The notes under the pieces: generated by a model
Seen by the model: the letters and a program-made list of their open reading frames with translations, nothing else
Told to the model about the DNA's origin: nothing
Database searches by the model: none
From: a virus
Taxonomy: Duplodnaviria > Caudoviricetes
IMG/VR virus record: IMGVR_UViG_3300021197_001974
Span: 1-58,463 of that record
Length of the DNA stretch: 58,463 bases
Reading direction: 5' to 3' (one strand)
Program-made: the position numbers and the translations under genes
Shown: piece after piece, positions 37,049-45,374 of the stretch
How the letters are laid out: the number at the start of each line of letters is the position of its first letter
How positions within the stretch are numbered: the stretch's first letter is position 1

Positions 37049-38024
37049 TACAGCTCACCTCTTTCTTAACCCTTCTTAAATCCTCCTCATACATCATCTC
37101 AGCCAGTTCCCTAAGATTAACAGTATGTTCCCACCCAAGCTTGTCGCGAGCCTTTACGGGGCTTCCTAGCAAGACGGGGACCTCATGTGGGCGGAACAGC
37201 CTGGATTGAATCCTAACGTGCTCATTCACGCTTAATCCAGCGACATCGAATACAATATTTAGAAATTCTCTAACCGTATAAGCACTACCGGTGGCTACAA
37301 CATAATCATCTGGACTGTCTTGCTGTAACATTAGCCACATTGCCTTAACGTAATCGCCAGCAAAGCCCCAGTCTCTCTTGGCATCAAGGTTGCCAAGATA
37401 CAATGTATCTTGTACTCCCAATTTAATCCTCGCGGCAGCAAGAGTTATCTTGCGTGTTACGAAAGTTTCCCCACGGCGGGGAGATTCGTGATTAAACAGG
37501 ATACCAGAAGAGGCGTGCAGTCCATACGACTTTCTATAGTTTCTTACTAAATTATGTGCGAATACCTTTGCACATGCGTAAGGGGAAGCTGGCAATAGCC
37601 TGGTATTTTCATTTTGTGGATACTTTGGATTATCACCGAACATCTCGGAAGAGGAAGCTTGGTAGAATCTGGTGTCTGGGCTTATATGCCTTATGGCATC
37701 CAAAATTCTCAAGGTCCCCATTGCAATTCCATCAACAGTGTTTTCAGGTATCTCAAAAGATACTCGTACATGTGATTGCGCAGCGAGGTTATAAAATTCA
37801 TCGGGCTTGTGCTCGGATAGCAGTCTCCAAATGCACCCTGCATCATTAAGGTCAAAATATCTCATCTGAAAATTCTCATTATCGTAGAAGCCATCAATTC
37901 TTTCAGTGCAGATCAGAGATGTCCTTCTCTTTAGACCTATCACTCTGTAATCTTTCTCTAGCAGCAGCTCTGCCAAATACGAGCCGTCTTGCCCGGTGAT
38001 ACCGGTGATCATAGCAGTCTTCAT
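37041..38024 (-). CDS. gmd: GDP-mannose 4,6-dehydratase
   Basis: ITGITGQDGSYLAELLL, LAAQSHVRVSF, YQASSSEMFG, SPYACAK, FNHESPRRGETFVTRKIT, LGNLDAKRDWG. Confidence 0.97.
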   Translation of the reverse strand: MKTAMITGITGQDGSYLAELLLEKDYRVIGLKRRTSLICTERIDGFYDNENFQMRYFDLNDAGCIWRLLSEHKPDEFYNLAAQSHVRVSFEIPENTVDGIAMGTLRILDAIRHISPDTRFYQASSSEMFGDNPKYPQNENTRLLPASPYACAKVFAHNLVRNYRKSYGLHASSGILFNHESPRRGETFVTRKITLAAARIKLGVQDTLYLGNLDAKRDWGFAGDYVKAMWLMLQQDSPDDYVVATGSAYTVREFLNIVFDVAGLSVNEHVRIQSRLFRPHEVPVLLGSPVKARDKLGWEHTVNLRELAEMMYEEDLRRVKKEVSCNV

Positions 38025-38959
38025 TTTATTCCTCTCAAATTAGGATAGTTGTCAACAAACCAATCGCAGGTTAGTTTTATACCCTTGTCAAAGCTTGTAT
38101 AATCTTGCTCTTTCCAGCCTAGGGCTAATAAAGCTTCATTGCTACTTGGTTTTCTTAGTTGCCCGCTTGGTTTGGAATCATCCCAGATAACTTCTCCATC
38201 ATATTTAAAATAAGAGCAAACGGACTCAACGACTGCTTTTATACTTCTCTCCTGAGTCAGTCCAATGTTAATCGGATGCTCCCCATTGTAATTTTCTAAT
38301 AGAAAGAACAATATTTTAGATATATCCGAGGCATAGGTGAATTCCCTTAACGGCTCTCCAGTTCCCCAGAAGGTAGGCACTTTATTAGTTTTCACAGCAT
38401 CGTATACTTTTCTAATTATGGCTGGTATAACGTGACCATTCTCTAGGTCAAAATTGTCATGCAGTCCGTAAAGGTTATTGGGAACTGCGCAAATGTAGTT
38501 ACACCCGTATTGCTTCCTAAGAGCCCTAGAATAAACGTCTACCATTCTCTTTGCATATGCATATCCAAAGTTGCTGGAGTGTGGTCTTCCGCTATGAAAT
38601 TGATCTGGGGTAAGTGGGTATTCTGCCTTATCTGGATATACGCAAGTAGATAATAGCGAAACAACTTTGGGTACGCTGTTCTTTTGAGAATAGTTTAGCA
38701 GATTTGTATTGATCAGAATATTATCTTTGTAAAAGTCTGCTATGTAATCATCGTTTCCTTTGACACCACCGACTCTTGCAGCAAGATGTATTATCGCGTT
38801 CGGATTACTATCCCTGATTAAGGTATTCGTTTGAAAAGGATCTCTGAGGTCACAGTCTTTGGATCCAACTAATATAAACTCATGCTTTGTATCAATGTCT
38901 TGAAATCCATGCCCCACCATGCCGGTGCCGCCGGTGACCAATATCCTTTTTTTGATCAT
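38021..38959 (-). CDS. fcl: GDP-L-fucose synthase (3,5-epimerase/4-reductase)
   Basis: TGGTGMVG, HLAARVGG, STCVYP, YAYAK, NLYG..DNF...GHVIPAII, WGTGEPLREF. Adjacent to gmd. Confidence 0.92.
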   Translation of the reverse strand: MIKKRILVTGGTGMVGHGFQDIDTKHEFILVGSKDCDLRDPFQTNTLIRDSNPNAIIHLAARVGGVKGNDDYIADFYKDNILINTNLLNYSQKNSVPKVVSLLSTCVYPDKAEYPLTPDQFHSGRPHSSNFGYAYAKRMVDVYSRALRKQYGCNYICAVPNNLYGLHDNFDLENGHVIPAIIRKVYDAVKTNKVPTFWGTGEPLREFTYASDISKILFFLLENYNGEHPINIGLTQERSIKAVVESVCSYFKYDGEVIWDDSKPSGQLRKPSSNEALLALGWKEQDYTSFDKGIKLTCDWFVDNYPNLRGIK

Positions 38960-39246
38960 ATTTTTATTTTGCCCAGTAAGATATCTCTAAACATCAGCCA
39001 ATCAGAAATCTTTGCCTTTATTGGGCTAGAGAATGCAGCCGGCTCATTTTTTTCATAAAAGTAGTGACCGCTCCACGCAAACGGATAAATAATGAATGGG
39101 GCTGTCAAGAGAAGTAGCCAAAGTCCATTATATAAAACACCAGCTACATAAAGTATTGTAACACATTGCCCAATAAAATGTAACCTCCTGCAAATTTTAT
39201 TTTGATGTAAACTCAGATAATACTGATAATATTCTTTTAGGTCCAT
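38956..39246 (-). CDS. DUF962 / Mpo1-like small membrane protein
   Basis: YLSLHQNKICRRLHFIG...AWSGHYFYEKNEPAAF. Two hydrophobic segments. Confidence 0.85.
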   Translation of the reverse strand: MDLKEYYQYYLSLHQNKICRRLHFIGQCVTILYVAGVLYNGLWLLLLTAPFIIYPFAWSGHYFYEKNEPAAFSSPIKAKISDWLMFRDILLGKIKI

Positions 39247-40064
39247 TTAAACCACCCTTCCAGCCCAACATCGCTTAAATTTTTGTTTGAATCTCCCTTC
39301 CAAGGACGCCAAGGTCCGTACACTCCAACTTTCTTTGCTTCACTAAGTGTCGCTGCCCACCAACATAGAGTCCCGTGTTGAAACAATATGTTCCCAAAAC
39401 CTCTTATAAAATTAAAATCCTCTGCTACAGTTCCTTTTTTTAGTTGTGGAGAAAACTGCCCCAATCCCTTCACTATTGAATTGAAGTAATCAACCGACCT
39501 TTGAGCTGAAACTCTTTTGTCATCTGGAACATCGACATGAAACTTCATATTCTGCAGATCACTTACTGTGATCTTGTCCCAGTACGGCATATCCGTGACA
39601 ATATATAAATTATTAAAATCAAACTGATTTATTGCATTAATGTAGCTCTCCACCTGTGGCTTAGTATCAAACTCGTTTTTATAAAGCAGGCGGTCACCTG
39701 CGCGAAAATGCAATATCAAATCATCACTGTGGTCGCTATTTATTGCTGGAAGCCAGGACTTGATTAGACTTATGTTTTCTTTAAAAAATTTATAGTTCTC
39801 GAAGTAACCCCTCACAATCAGGTCCCTATTAGATAGTCTCTTGTCAAAACACTGAATGTAGTTTATGTCGTTAACCTCTGGTGCACCTGGGGGCAGCTTG
39901 CCGCCCACCTTAACACCTAGTTTGCCCAACTCCTCTATGCCATAATAGTCTTCAGTGGGTGGCACCACTACAAGGTCTTGATGCAAATACGTGGCTAGCA
40001 ACCTAGCTGCCACATATTGAAACATATTGTTTCCAAATCCATTTGTTAGTTGTACGTAAATCAT
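39237..40064 (-). CDS. GT11-family (alpha-1,2-fucosyltransferase-like) glycosyltransferase
   Basis: NGFGNNMFQY, GYFENYKFF, HFRAGD (HxRxGD), DMP, GTLCWWAA motifs. Near gmd/fcl. Confidence 0.8.
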   Translation of the reverse strand: MIYVQLTNGFGNNMFQYVAARLLATYLHQDLVVVPPTEDYYGIEELGKLGVKVGGKLPPGAPEVNDINYIQCFDKRLSNRDLIVRGYFENYKFFKENISLIKSWLPAINSDHSDDLILHFRAGDRLLYKNEFDTKPQVESYINAINQFDFNNLYIVTDMPYWDKITVSDLQNMKFHVDVPDDKRVSAQRSVDYFNSIVKGLGQFSPQLKKGTVAEDFNFIRGFGNILFQHGTLCWWAATLSEAKKVGVYGPWRPWKGDSNKNLSDVGLEGWFKWT

Positions 40065-40837
40065 GATACCTGATCTACCATGTTACCATTAGAGTCTATC
40101 AGCTTTGCCAGCCTGTCCCTATAGGGGAAGTCTGTTACGGGCTTTGTTTTGTCATACTGGTAAAACGGTAAACAAATACTTGGTACATATCCGAGCTTGA
40201 TACCAGTGTTTGACAAATATTCTTCTAATGCTACTTCGGGACAATCAAAATTGTTGTCAGTGCGTGATTCGTCCGCATCTTTTTGATACACAAACGAACA
40301 ATACTTGTTAAAAGTGCTTGGACTGGAAAATGAAAAGAACCAAGGGTCGCGATGACCACTTGGATATATTGTTGTATAAACAAGATCATCCTGTATTTGA
40401 AATCTGGAAACGTCAACTGGCGCTGGAAACATGGAGTTATCTGGGCGACATCTTACAACAACATCATAATCGGAGGAATAGTCCATAGCCATCTTATATG
40501 CCATTCTGATGTTTGTCATCTGATTGTTCATTCTTTTCTTAAAATATCCTAGTGTTCCAAAGTTACTATCATCTAAGGACTCATTGTCGTTAATTTGCAC
40601 ACCTTTTAGAAAAGAGCCATAAATCTTCTCAGTGTCGCGCAGGATCTCGTCGTGACCATATGTGTTGGTTATGTTATATTTTTGAGTAACATTGGCACCG
40701 ACAGTGTGTAGAGTGTTTTTACTGCATGCATAAACAAACACATCAGCATTGTTTGGTTCTATAATATTCTTAATGTGGTTTAGGGCATTTATTTTGTAAT
40801 CTCTTAATTGTCCAGCTATTGTCACAGCAACTTTCAT
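40061..40837 (-). CDS. Putative glycosyltransferase-like protein
   Basis: KVAVTIAGQLR...DVFVY...YDVVVRCRPD...CPE pattern typical of unclassified GT-A-like proteins in glycan loci. Context supports the call. Confidence 0.5.
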   Translation of the reverse strand: MKVAVTIAGQLRDYKINALNHIKNIIEPNNADVFVYACSKNTLHTVGANVTQKYNITNTYGHDEILRDTEKIYGSFLKGVQINDNESLDDSNFGTLGYFKKRMNNQMTNIRMAYKMAMDYSSDYDVVVRCRPDNSMFPAPVDVSRFQIQDDLVYTTIYPSGHRDPWFFSFSSPSTFNKYCSFVYQKDADESRTDNNFDCPEVALEEYLSNTGIKLGYVPSICLPFYQYDKTKPVTDFPYRDRLAKLIDSNGNMVDQVS

Positions 40838-42033
40838 AATACACGAACCTCCGGAAAGTATTTGATAAATCTTATTTCGTCAGAATCAACGATGTCTCTC
40901 GTCTTGCTGCTTATTTCTTTAAAGAAGTTCCAAGCCAAAGGTACAACAACAGTGTCAGGAACACTCTCATTCTGCAAAACCTTTGGATCCCTTATTGGTA
41001 TATTCCGTCCGGGTGTAAGCAAGTCCCACTTTAGCGGGTTGTCGTCAACAATATAGTCAAGCGATATTGACCCAAAATTTAAAAAAGTATTACCTTTGGC
41101 TGCGGCACCATAGCCCACAATTTTACAATTTTTCTGCTTAAAGTCTGCAATCGCAGCTTGCAAGTCTGTTGCTATTGTATGACATTTTTCTGCGTACTTG
41201 GTATAGGTCTCCAGCTCAAACAAGCCAGCCTCTCTCTCAATGGCGATTTGCCTAATTGATTTCTCCTCGCTATGCTCTCCCTTTTTAAGCACAAATACAT
41301 AACTCGTGCCATGGATATCGGTCTTAAAGACATCAGCCAGAGAAAACCCATTTATATTCGCACATTTTTTCATAGAACTTGTGTTAAAAAATGATAAGTG
41401 CTCGTGATAGATCGTGTCAAATTCATTGTTGGTAATCATATCTGCTTGAGATGTCTGTATCATAAGCACACTCTCTTCGTTCATCACGAGCGCACAGGCT
41501 GATAAAAACTCATGCACGTTATCAACGTGAGCAAAAACGTTTTGAGCAATTAGCACATCATACACACGATTCATTTTCGTAGCAACACCTGGGGACCAGT
41601 AGTCACATACAACATCGTGATTTTTATTACTTAGAGAGTGTAGGTTTTCTGCCGGGTCAACGCCAAAAGTATCCCAGCCACGTTCCTTAAATTTATCCAA
41701 CTGAGTTCCATCATTACAAGCTATGTCTAAAATGCTGGCGCCATTTGGTCTAGTCTTCTCGCAAATCTTTGCAAATTCAACAAAATAGTCGTGTAGCGTT
41801 TTACTTGTCCCGCTAACGTATAGGTAATCTTTAAACATTAAGTTTGGATCAACAACTACACTAAGTTGCAGGTGAAAGCAATCTTCACATAAATTTAGAA
41901 CAAGCGGAAAAGACTGCTGCTCAACGCCGTTATGATAACTATTTGCCAGCGGCTGATCGTTGAGGTCTAAAACTTGCCTTAAGTTTTTGCTAGAGCAGAC
42001 CCTACAACTAGTTTTTTCAGTATAACTTTGCAT
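40834..42033 (-). CDS. SAM-dependent NDP-sugar C-methyltransferase (TylC3/TcaB9-like)
   Basis: N-terminal Zn site CRVC...CEDC, LDIACNDG, QNVFAHV, FDTIYHEHLSFF, GYGAAAKGNT, VDDNPLK, LAWNF. Confidence 0.9.
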   Translation of the reverse strand: MQSYTEKTSCRVCSSKNLRQVLDLNDQPLANSYHNGVEQQSFPLVLNLCEDCFHLQLSVVVDPNLMFKDYLYVSGTSKTLHDYFVEFAKICEKTRPNGASILDIACNDGTQLDKFKERGWDTFGVDPAENLHSLSNKNHDVVCDYWSPGVATKMNRVYDVLIAQNVFAHVDNVHEFLSACALVMNEESVLMIQTSQADMITNNEFDTIYHEHLSFFNTSSMKKCANINGFSLADVFKTDIHGTSYVFVLKKGEHSEEKSIRQIAIEREAGLFELETYTKYAEKCHTIATDLQAAIADFKQKNCKIVGYGAAAKGNTFLNFGSISLDYIVDDNPLKWDLLTPGRNIPIRDPKVLQNESVPDTVVVPLAWNFFKEISSKTRDIVDSDEIRFIKYFPEVRVL

Positions 42034-42949
42034 CTGATCGGTTTCCTTTATTCATACTATGAAAATTTTCTACTATTGAGTTTACAATGCTCTGTACTGT
42101 TTCATTGAATTCAAAGTTAAAAACTTCTTCAAATTTGGACGAATCAATTAGAAAATTATACGCCTTTGTCTGCAACTTAACGTTGGTTATCGTTTCCGGA
42201 AGCTTGTCGACTATTTCTAGATCAGCACCAGTGCACTCTGCTACAACCTTAGAAATCTTTTCCGCTGTTGAGTTGAATGATGCCAGGTTGTAGATGCCCT
42301 TATTATCTTGAGTTCCGTTTACAATAATCTCCTTAACTGCTCTACATAAGTCCTGTATTCCTAGAATTGGACGATGAACCTCGGGATTAAAACAGAATAC
42401 TTTTCCGTTCTTGATCGCATTAAAGGTCATTGCATTGATCATTATATCGTTTCTTAGGTTAGGCGAGGCACCATTGACTGTTCCGAAACGAAGTCCAAAT
42501 ACTTTCTTGCTGGACAGAGAGGCATAGGAGTCAATTTCATGCTTAGACAGGTCATAGTAATTGTTTGGTCTAAATTCAATGTAGGACTCGTCTACGATAT
42601 TATGCTTCGTGTCTCCGTAGACAGAAGAGCTGCTAGCATATATAAACGTTTGAGTGTCGCCAATCTTGTCTAACAAATTGACAAAATTAAAAACGTTGTT
42701 CTTGGCAGTTGGAACCATATTTTCCACACACATCTTAACACTTGAATGACCAGCCAAAAGAACCACCACATCGTAAACGGAGATTTCAGCCGGTGTCAGG
42801 TCATTAAAGTCTTTTAATGTATTTTGATCAACACCATGGTTACCATACCACTCTAGATCAACCGAAGACACGTCAAACTCATCTTGCAAAAATTTTCCAA
42901 GATGAGTTCCAATATAACCGCAGCCTCCTATAATTAATACTTTTTTCAA
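42017..42949 (-). CDS. Extended SDR nucleotide-sugar reductase/epimerase (TTG start)
   Basis: GGCGYIG, ASSSSVYG, YDLSK, LRFGTVNGASPNLRNDIMIN. Confidence 0.85.
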   Translation of the reverse strand: MKKVLIIGGCGYIGTHLGKFLQDEFDVSSVDLEWYGNHGVDQNTLKDFNDLTPAEISVYDVVVLLAGHSSVKMCVENMVPTAKNNVFNFVNLLDKIGDTQTFIYASSSSVYGDTKHNIVDESYIEFRPNNYYDLSKHEIDSYASLSSKKVFGLRFGTVNGASPNLRNDIMINAMTFNAIKNGKVFCFNPEVHRPILGIQDLCRAVKEIIVNGTQDNKGIYNLASFNSTAEKISKVVAECTGADLEIVDKLPETITNVKLQTKAYNFLIDSSKFEEVFNFEFNETVQSIVNSIVENFHSMNKGNRSDAKLY

Positions 42950-42951
42950 AA

Positions 42952-43884
42952 TTAATTCCTATATCTGTTTTGTACCTTGACAAGGGGAAATACTCTGAGA
43001 AGTCCATCAATTCCCTCTTCTACTGTTATCGTTGTGTCAAACCCCAGGCGATTAATCTTGTCATATGATACAACATAGTCCCTCTTATCGGCATCATTAT
43101 CAAAATCAGCATAATGAACATAACACCCAGTTCTCTCTTGGATCATCTTACATACGTCCCCCTTTGAGTAATTCATACTATTGGAGCCAACATTATAAAC
43201 CTCTCCACTCATTTTATCACAGTTCTCAATTGCAAATTTAAAAACTCTAGCGATGTCTTGTACGTGAATGAATGTTCTCATAAAATGAGATTCATAGATC
43301 GCAATATATTTTTGCACATACGCAGAGTAAGACAGGTCATTAATGAGTAGGTCCAATCTAAGTCGTGGGCTCACACCAAAAGCAGTTGCAAACCTAAAAG
43401 CTGCGCTGTTATCATACCTTAAGACCTCCTCTTCTCCTAAAGTCTTACTCCTCCCGTAAATACTAAGAGGACTTAGAGGCGTCTCCTCTGTGCATACGCC
43501 GTCCACCGTGCCGTAATTTGACCCTGTAGAGCCGTATAACAGGAACTGAGAGCCGTCAAGTCCCTCAACAACATATTTGGTGCCTTCGTGATTGACCCTG
43601 TAGGAATGTGCTTCATCGCGGCGGCAAGCGGTATATCCGACAATTGCAGCCAAGTGGATGACAACATCATGCCCCCTCATGGATTGATGTAGCAGCTCTT
43701 TATCCAGAATGTCACCCTTGATAAAATTAAAGTTTGGATTTGAAAAATTGTGTATAAGTCCGTCCCCGTCAGCTAAAAGATTGTCGTATACGGTTACGTG
43801 ATACCCTGAATTTAGTAAGAGTGGAGTTATGGTGGTGCCAAGATATCCGGCGCCTCCAGTGATAAATACTTTTTGGTTTCTCAT
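42952..43884 (-). CDS. Extended SDR nucleotide-sugar reductase/epimerase
   Basis: TGGAGYLG, HLAAIVG, STGSNYG, YGRSK, FRFATAFGVSPRLRLDLLIND. Confidence 0.88.
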   Translation of the reverse strand: MRNQKVFITGGAGYLGTTITPLLLNSGYHVTVYDNLLADGDGLIHNFSNPNFNFIKGDILDKELLHQSMRGHDVVIHLAAIVGYTACRRDEAHSYRVNHEGTKYVVEGLDGSQFLLYGSTGSNYGTVDGVCTEETPLSPLSIYGRSKTLGEEEVLRYDNSAAFRFATAFGVSPRLRLDLLINDLSYSAYVQKYIAIYESHFMRTFIHVQDIARVFKFAIENCDKMSGEVYNVGSNSMNYSKGDVCKMIQERTGCYVHYADFDNDADKRDYVVSYDKINRLGFDTTITVEEGIDGLLRVFPLVKVQNRYRN

Positions 43885-43890
43885 TATGTT

Positions 43891-44808
43891 TTATAGCCTT
43901 TCCTCGTAATATGAAACTGTGTTCTGTATGCCCTGTCTGTGATCGTAAAAAATAAAATTGGTAAACAGTTGATCAAACTGAGTTCTGCCTAGAATCTTAA
44001 CAGCATCGCCATCAGTGTAGCTTTCATCGCAAATAATTTCTCCAGTATAACCGCATGCCTCTTTGATCATATGAGCAGACTCCGCGATGGAATAACCTGT
44101 GCCCTGTCCGATATTAACTGGATATTCCAAGTGGTCAATCTCCATGGCTCGCACGAGCGCCTCAATAAAGTCTTCAACATAAGCCCACTCTCTAACTGGG
44201 GTTCCGGTGCCCCAGATAACAAACTTATCATCGCCGGCTCTCTTTGCCTTTAACATGCGTATGATCATACCGTTTAGGGCGTGAGTCTTGTTTGGATCAC
44301 AAGAGTCCCCAGGTCCATAAGTATTTGGGAACAAAAGATTAATTGTCTTTACGCCGTGCTGCTTATAATAGCATTGTGATAGATAGTATATTGATCGCTT
44401 TGAATTTCCAAAAGAAAAGATGGACGGGTGAACCTCACCAGACAGCCAATTTTCCTCATTCTGGACAGAACTAGACCCTGGATAGGAACAATTTGAAAAT
44501 GGGTTAATTATCTTACTGTGTGGGGATTCTTCCTTAACTGCACGATACAAATTTAGAGCCATCTGAACATTGTCGTTATACACATTAGCCGCGTACTCGT
44601 TAACGTAATGGATACTACCTCCGTGTGACGCTAGGTTGAAAATAATGTCTGGCTGAACCTCTCTTAATCGTAGACTTAAAGATTCATAGTTTAAAATATC
44701 AGTTCCCTCTGAGCGTGAGCAGGTATGAATGTTGTGTTCAGTCTCCTCAAGACGCGCCAGAAGATTCTTTCCAATAAAACCAGTTGTTCCTAAAATTAAT
44801 ATGTTCAT
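43891..44808 (-). CDS. Second GDP-fucose synthase-like protein with Tyr-to-Phe at the SDR catalytic position
   Basis: GTTGFIG, SNCSYP, FGNSK in place of YxxxK, NTYGPGD...THALNGMII, WGTGTPVREW. Confidence 0.8.
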   Translation of the reverse strand: MNILILGTTGFIGKNLLARLEETEHNIHTCSRSEGTDILNYESLSLRLREVQPDIIFNLASHGGSIHYVNEYAANVYNDNVQMALNLYRAVKEESPHSKIINPFSNCSYPGSSSVQNEENWLSGEVHPSIFSFGNSKRSIYYLSQCYYKQHGVKTINLLFPNTYGPGDSCDPNKTHALNGMIIRMLKAKRAGDDKFVIWGTGTPVREWAYVEDFIEALVRAMEIDHLEYPVNIGQGTGYSIAESAHMIKEACGYTGEIICDESYTDGDAVKILGRTQFDQLFTNFIFYDHRQGIQNTVSYYEERL

Positions 44809-45374
44809 CTATTACTCCCTAAATTTAATTTAAAATTCATCATAGCTTCTTGATTGCCCCTCTCTCCTAGGTCTCTACAATTGTGCCCAACGTAAAGATG
44901 ATATGGTAGCAGTCTATTGACTCCCTTTACCATAGTATATCCACCAACTGCGACTCCTTCAGGAATCTTGGCGTAAGGCAATATGCAGCTATGTGCGCCG
45001 ATTGTTACGTAATCTCCTATTAATATGTCGCCGACTTCGCCACCAAACTGCTGTTCTTCGGGGACCGATGGTAAATCCAGGGAGCACATTCGATAATCAC
45101 TTGAGGCGCAGTGAAGTGAGCAGCCATTTGAGATAGTGGAGTAATCTCCCATCACTAGAGTTCCTTTTCCACCAGAGATGGATACATTAGACGCTATGTG
45201 ACAGTTTTTGCCAATTTCTGCAGCACAAGAAATGTAAGTAAAATCATCAATTATTGTATTATCGCCGATGCTAACCTTCTCTGGCTGTCGGATCCGAACT
45301 GTCTTCCCTATTATTACATTTTTTCCAACATGTTTTAGTTTTGACAGATCAAAAAATATATTATTGTTTAACAC
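44805..45374 (-). CDS. Left-handed beta-helix sugar N-acyltransferase (VioB/AntD-like)
   Basis: Hexapeptide repeats KHVGKNVIIG, IGDNTIIDDFTYIS, IGKNCHIASNVSISGG, SSDY...PSVP, IGDYVTIGAHSCILP. Probable GTG start at 45374 after GAGGGA (track start 45428 overlaps the upstream gene). Confidence 0.82.
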   Translation of the reverse strand: MLNNNIFFDLSKLKHVGKNVIIGKTVRIRQPEKVSIGDNTIIDDFTYISCAAEIGKNCHIASNVSISGGKGTLVMGDYSTISNGCSLHCASSDYRMCSLDLPSVPEEQQFGGEVGDILIGDYVTIGAHSCILPYAKIPEGVAVGGYTMVKGVNRLLPYHLYVGHNCRDLGERGNQEAMMNFKLNLGSNR

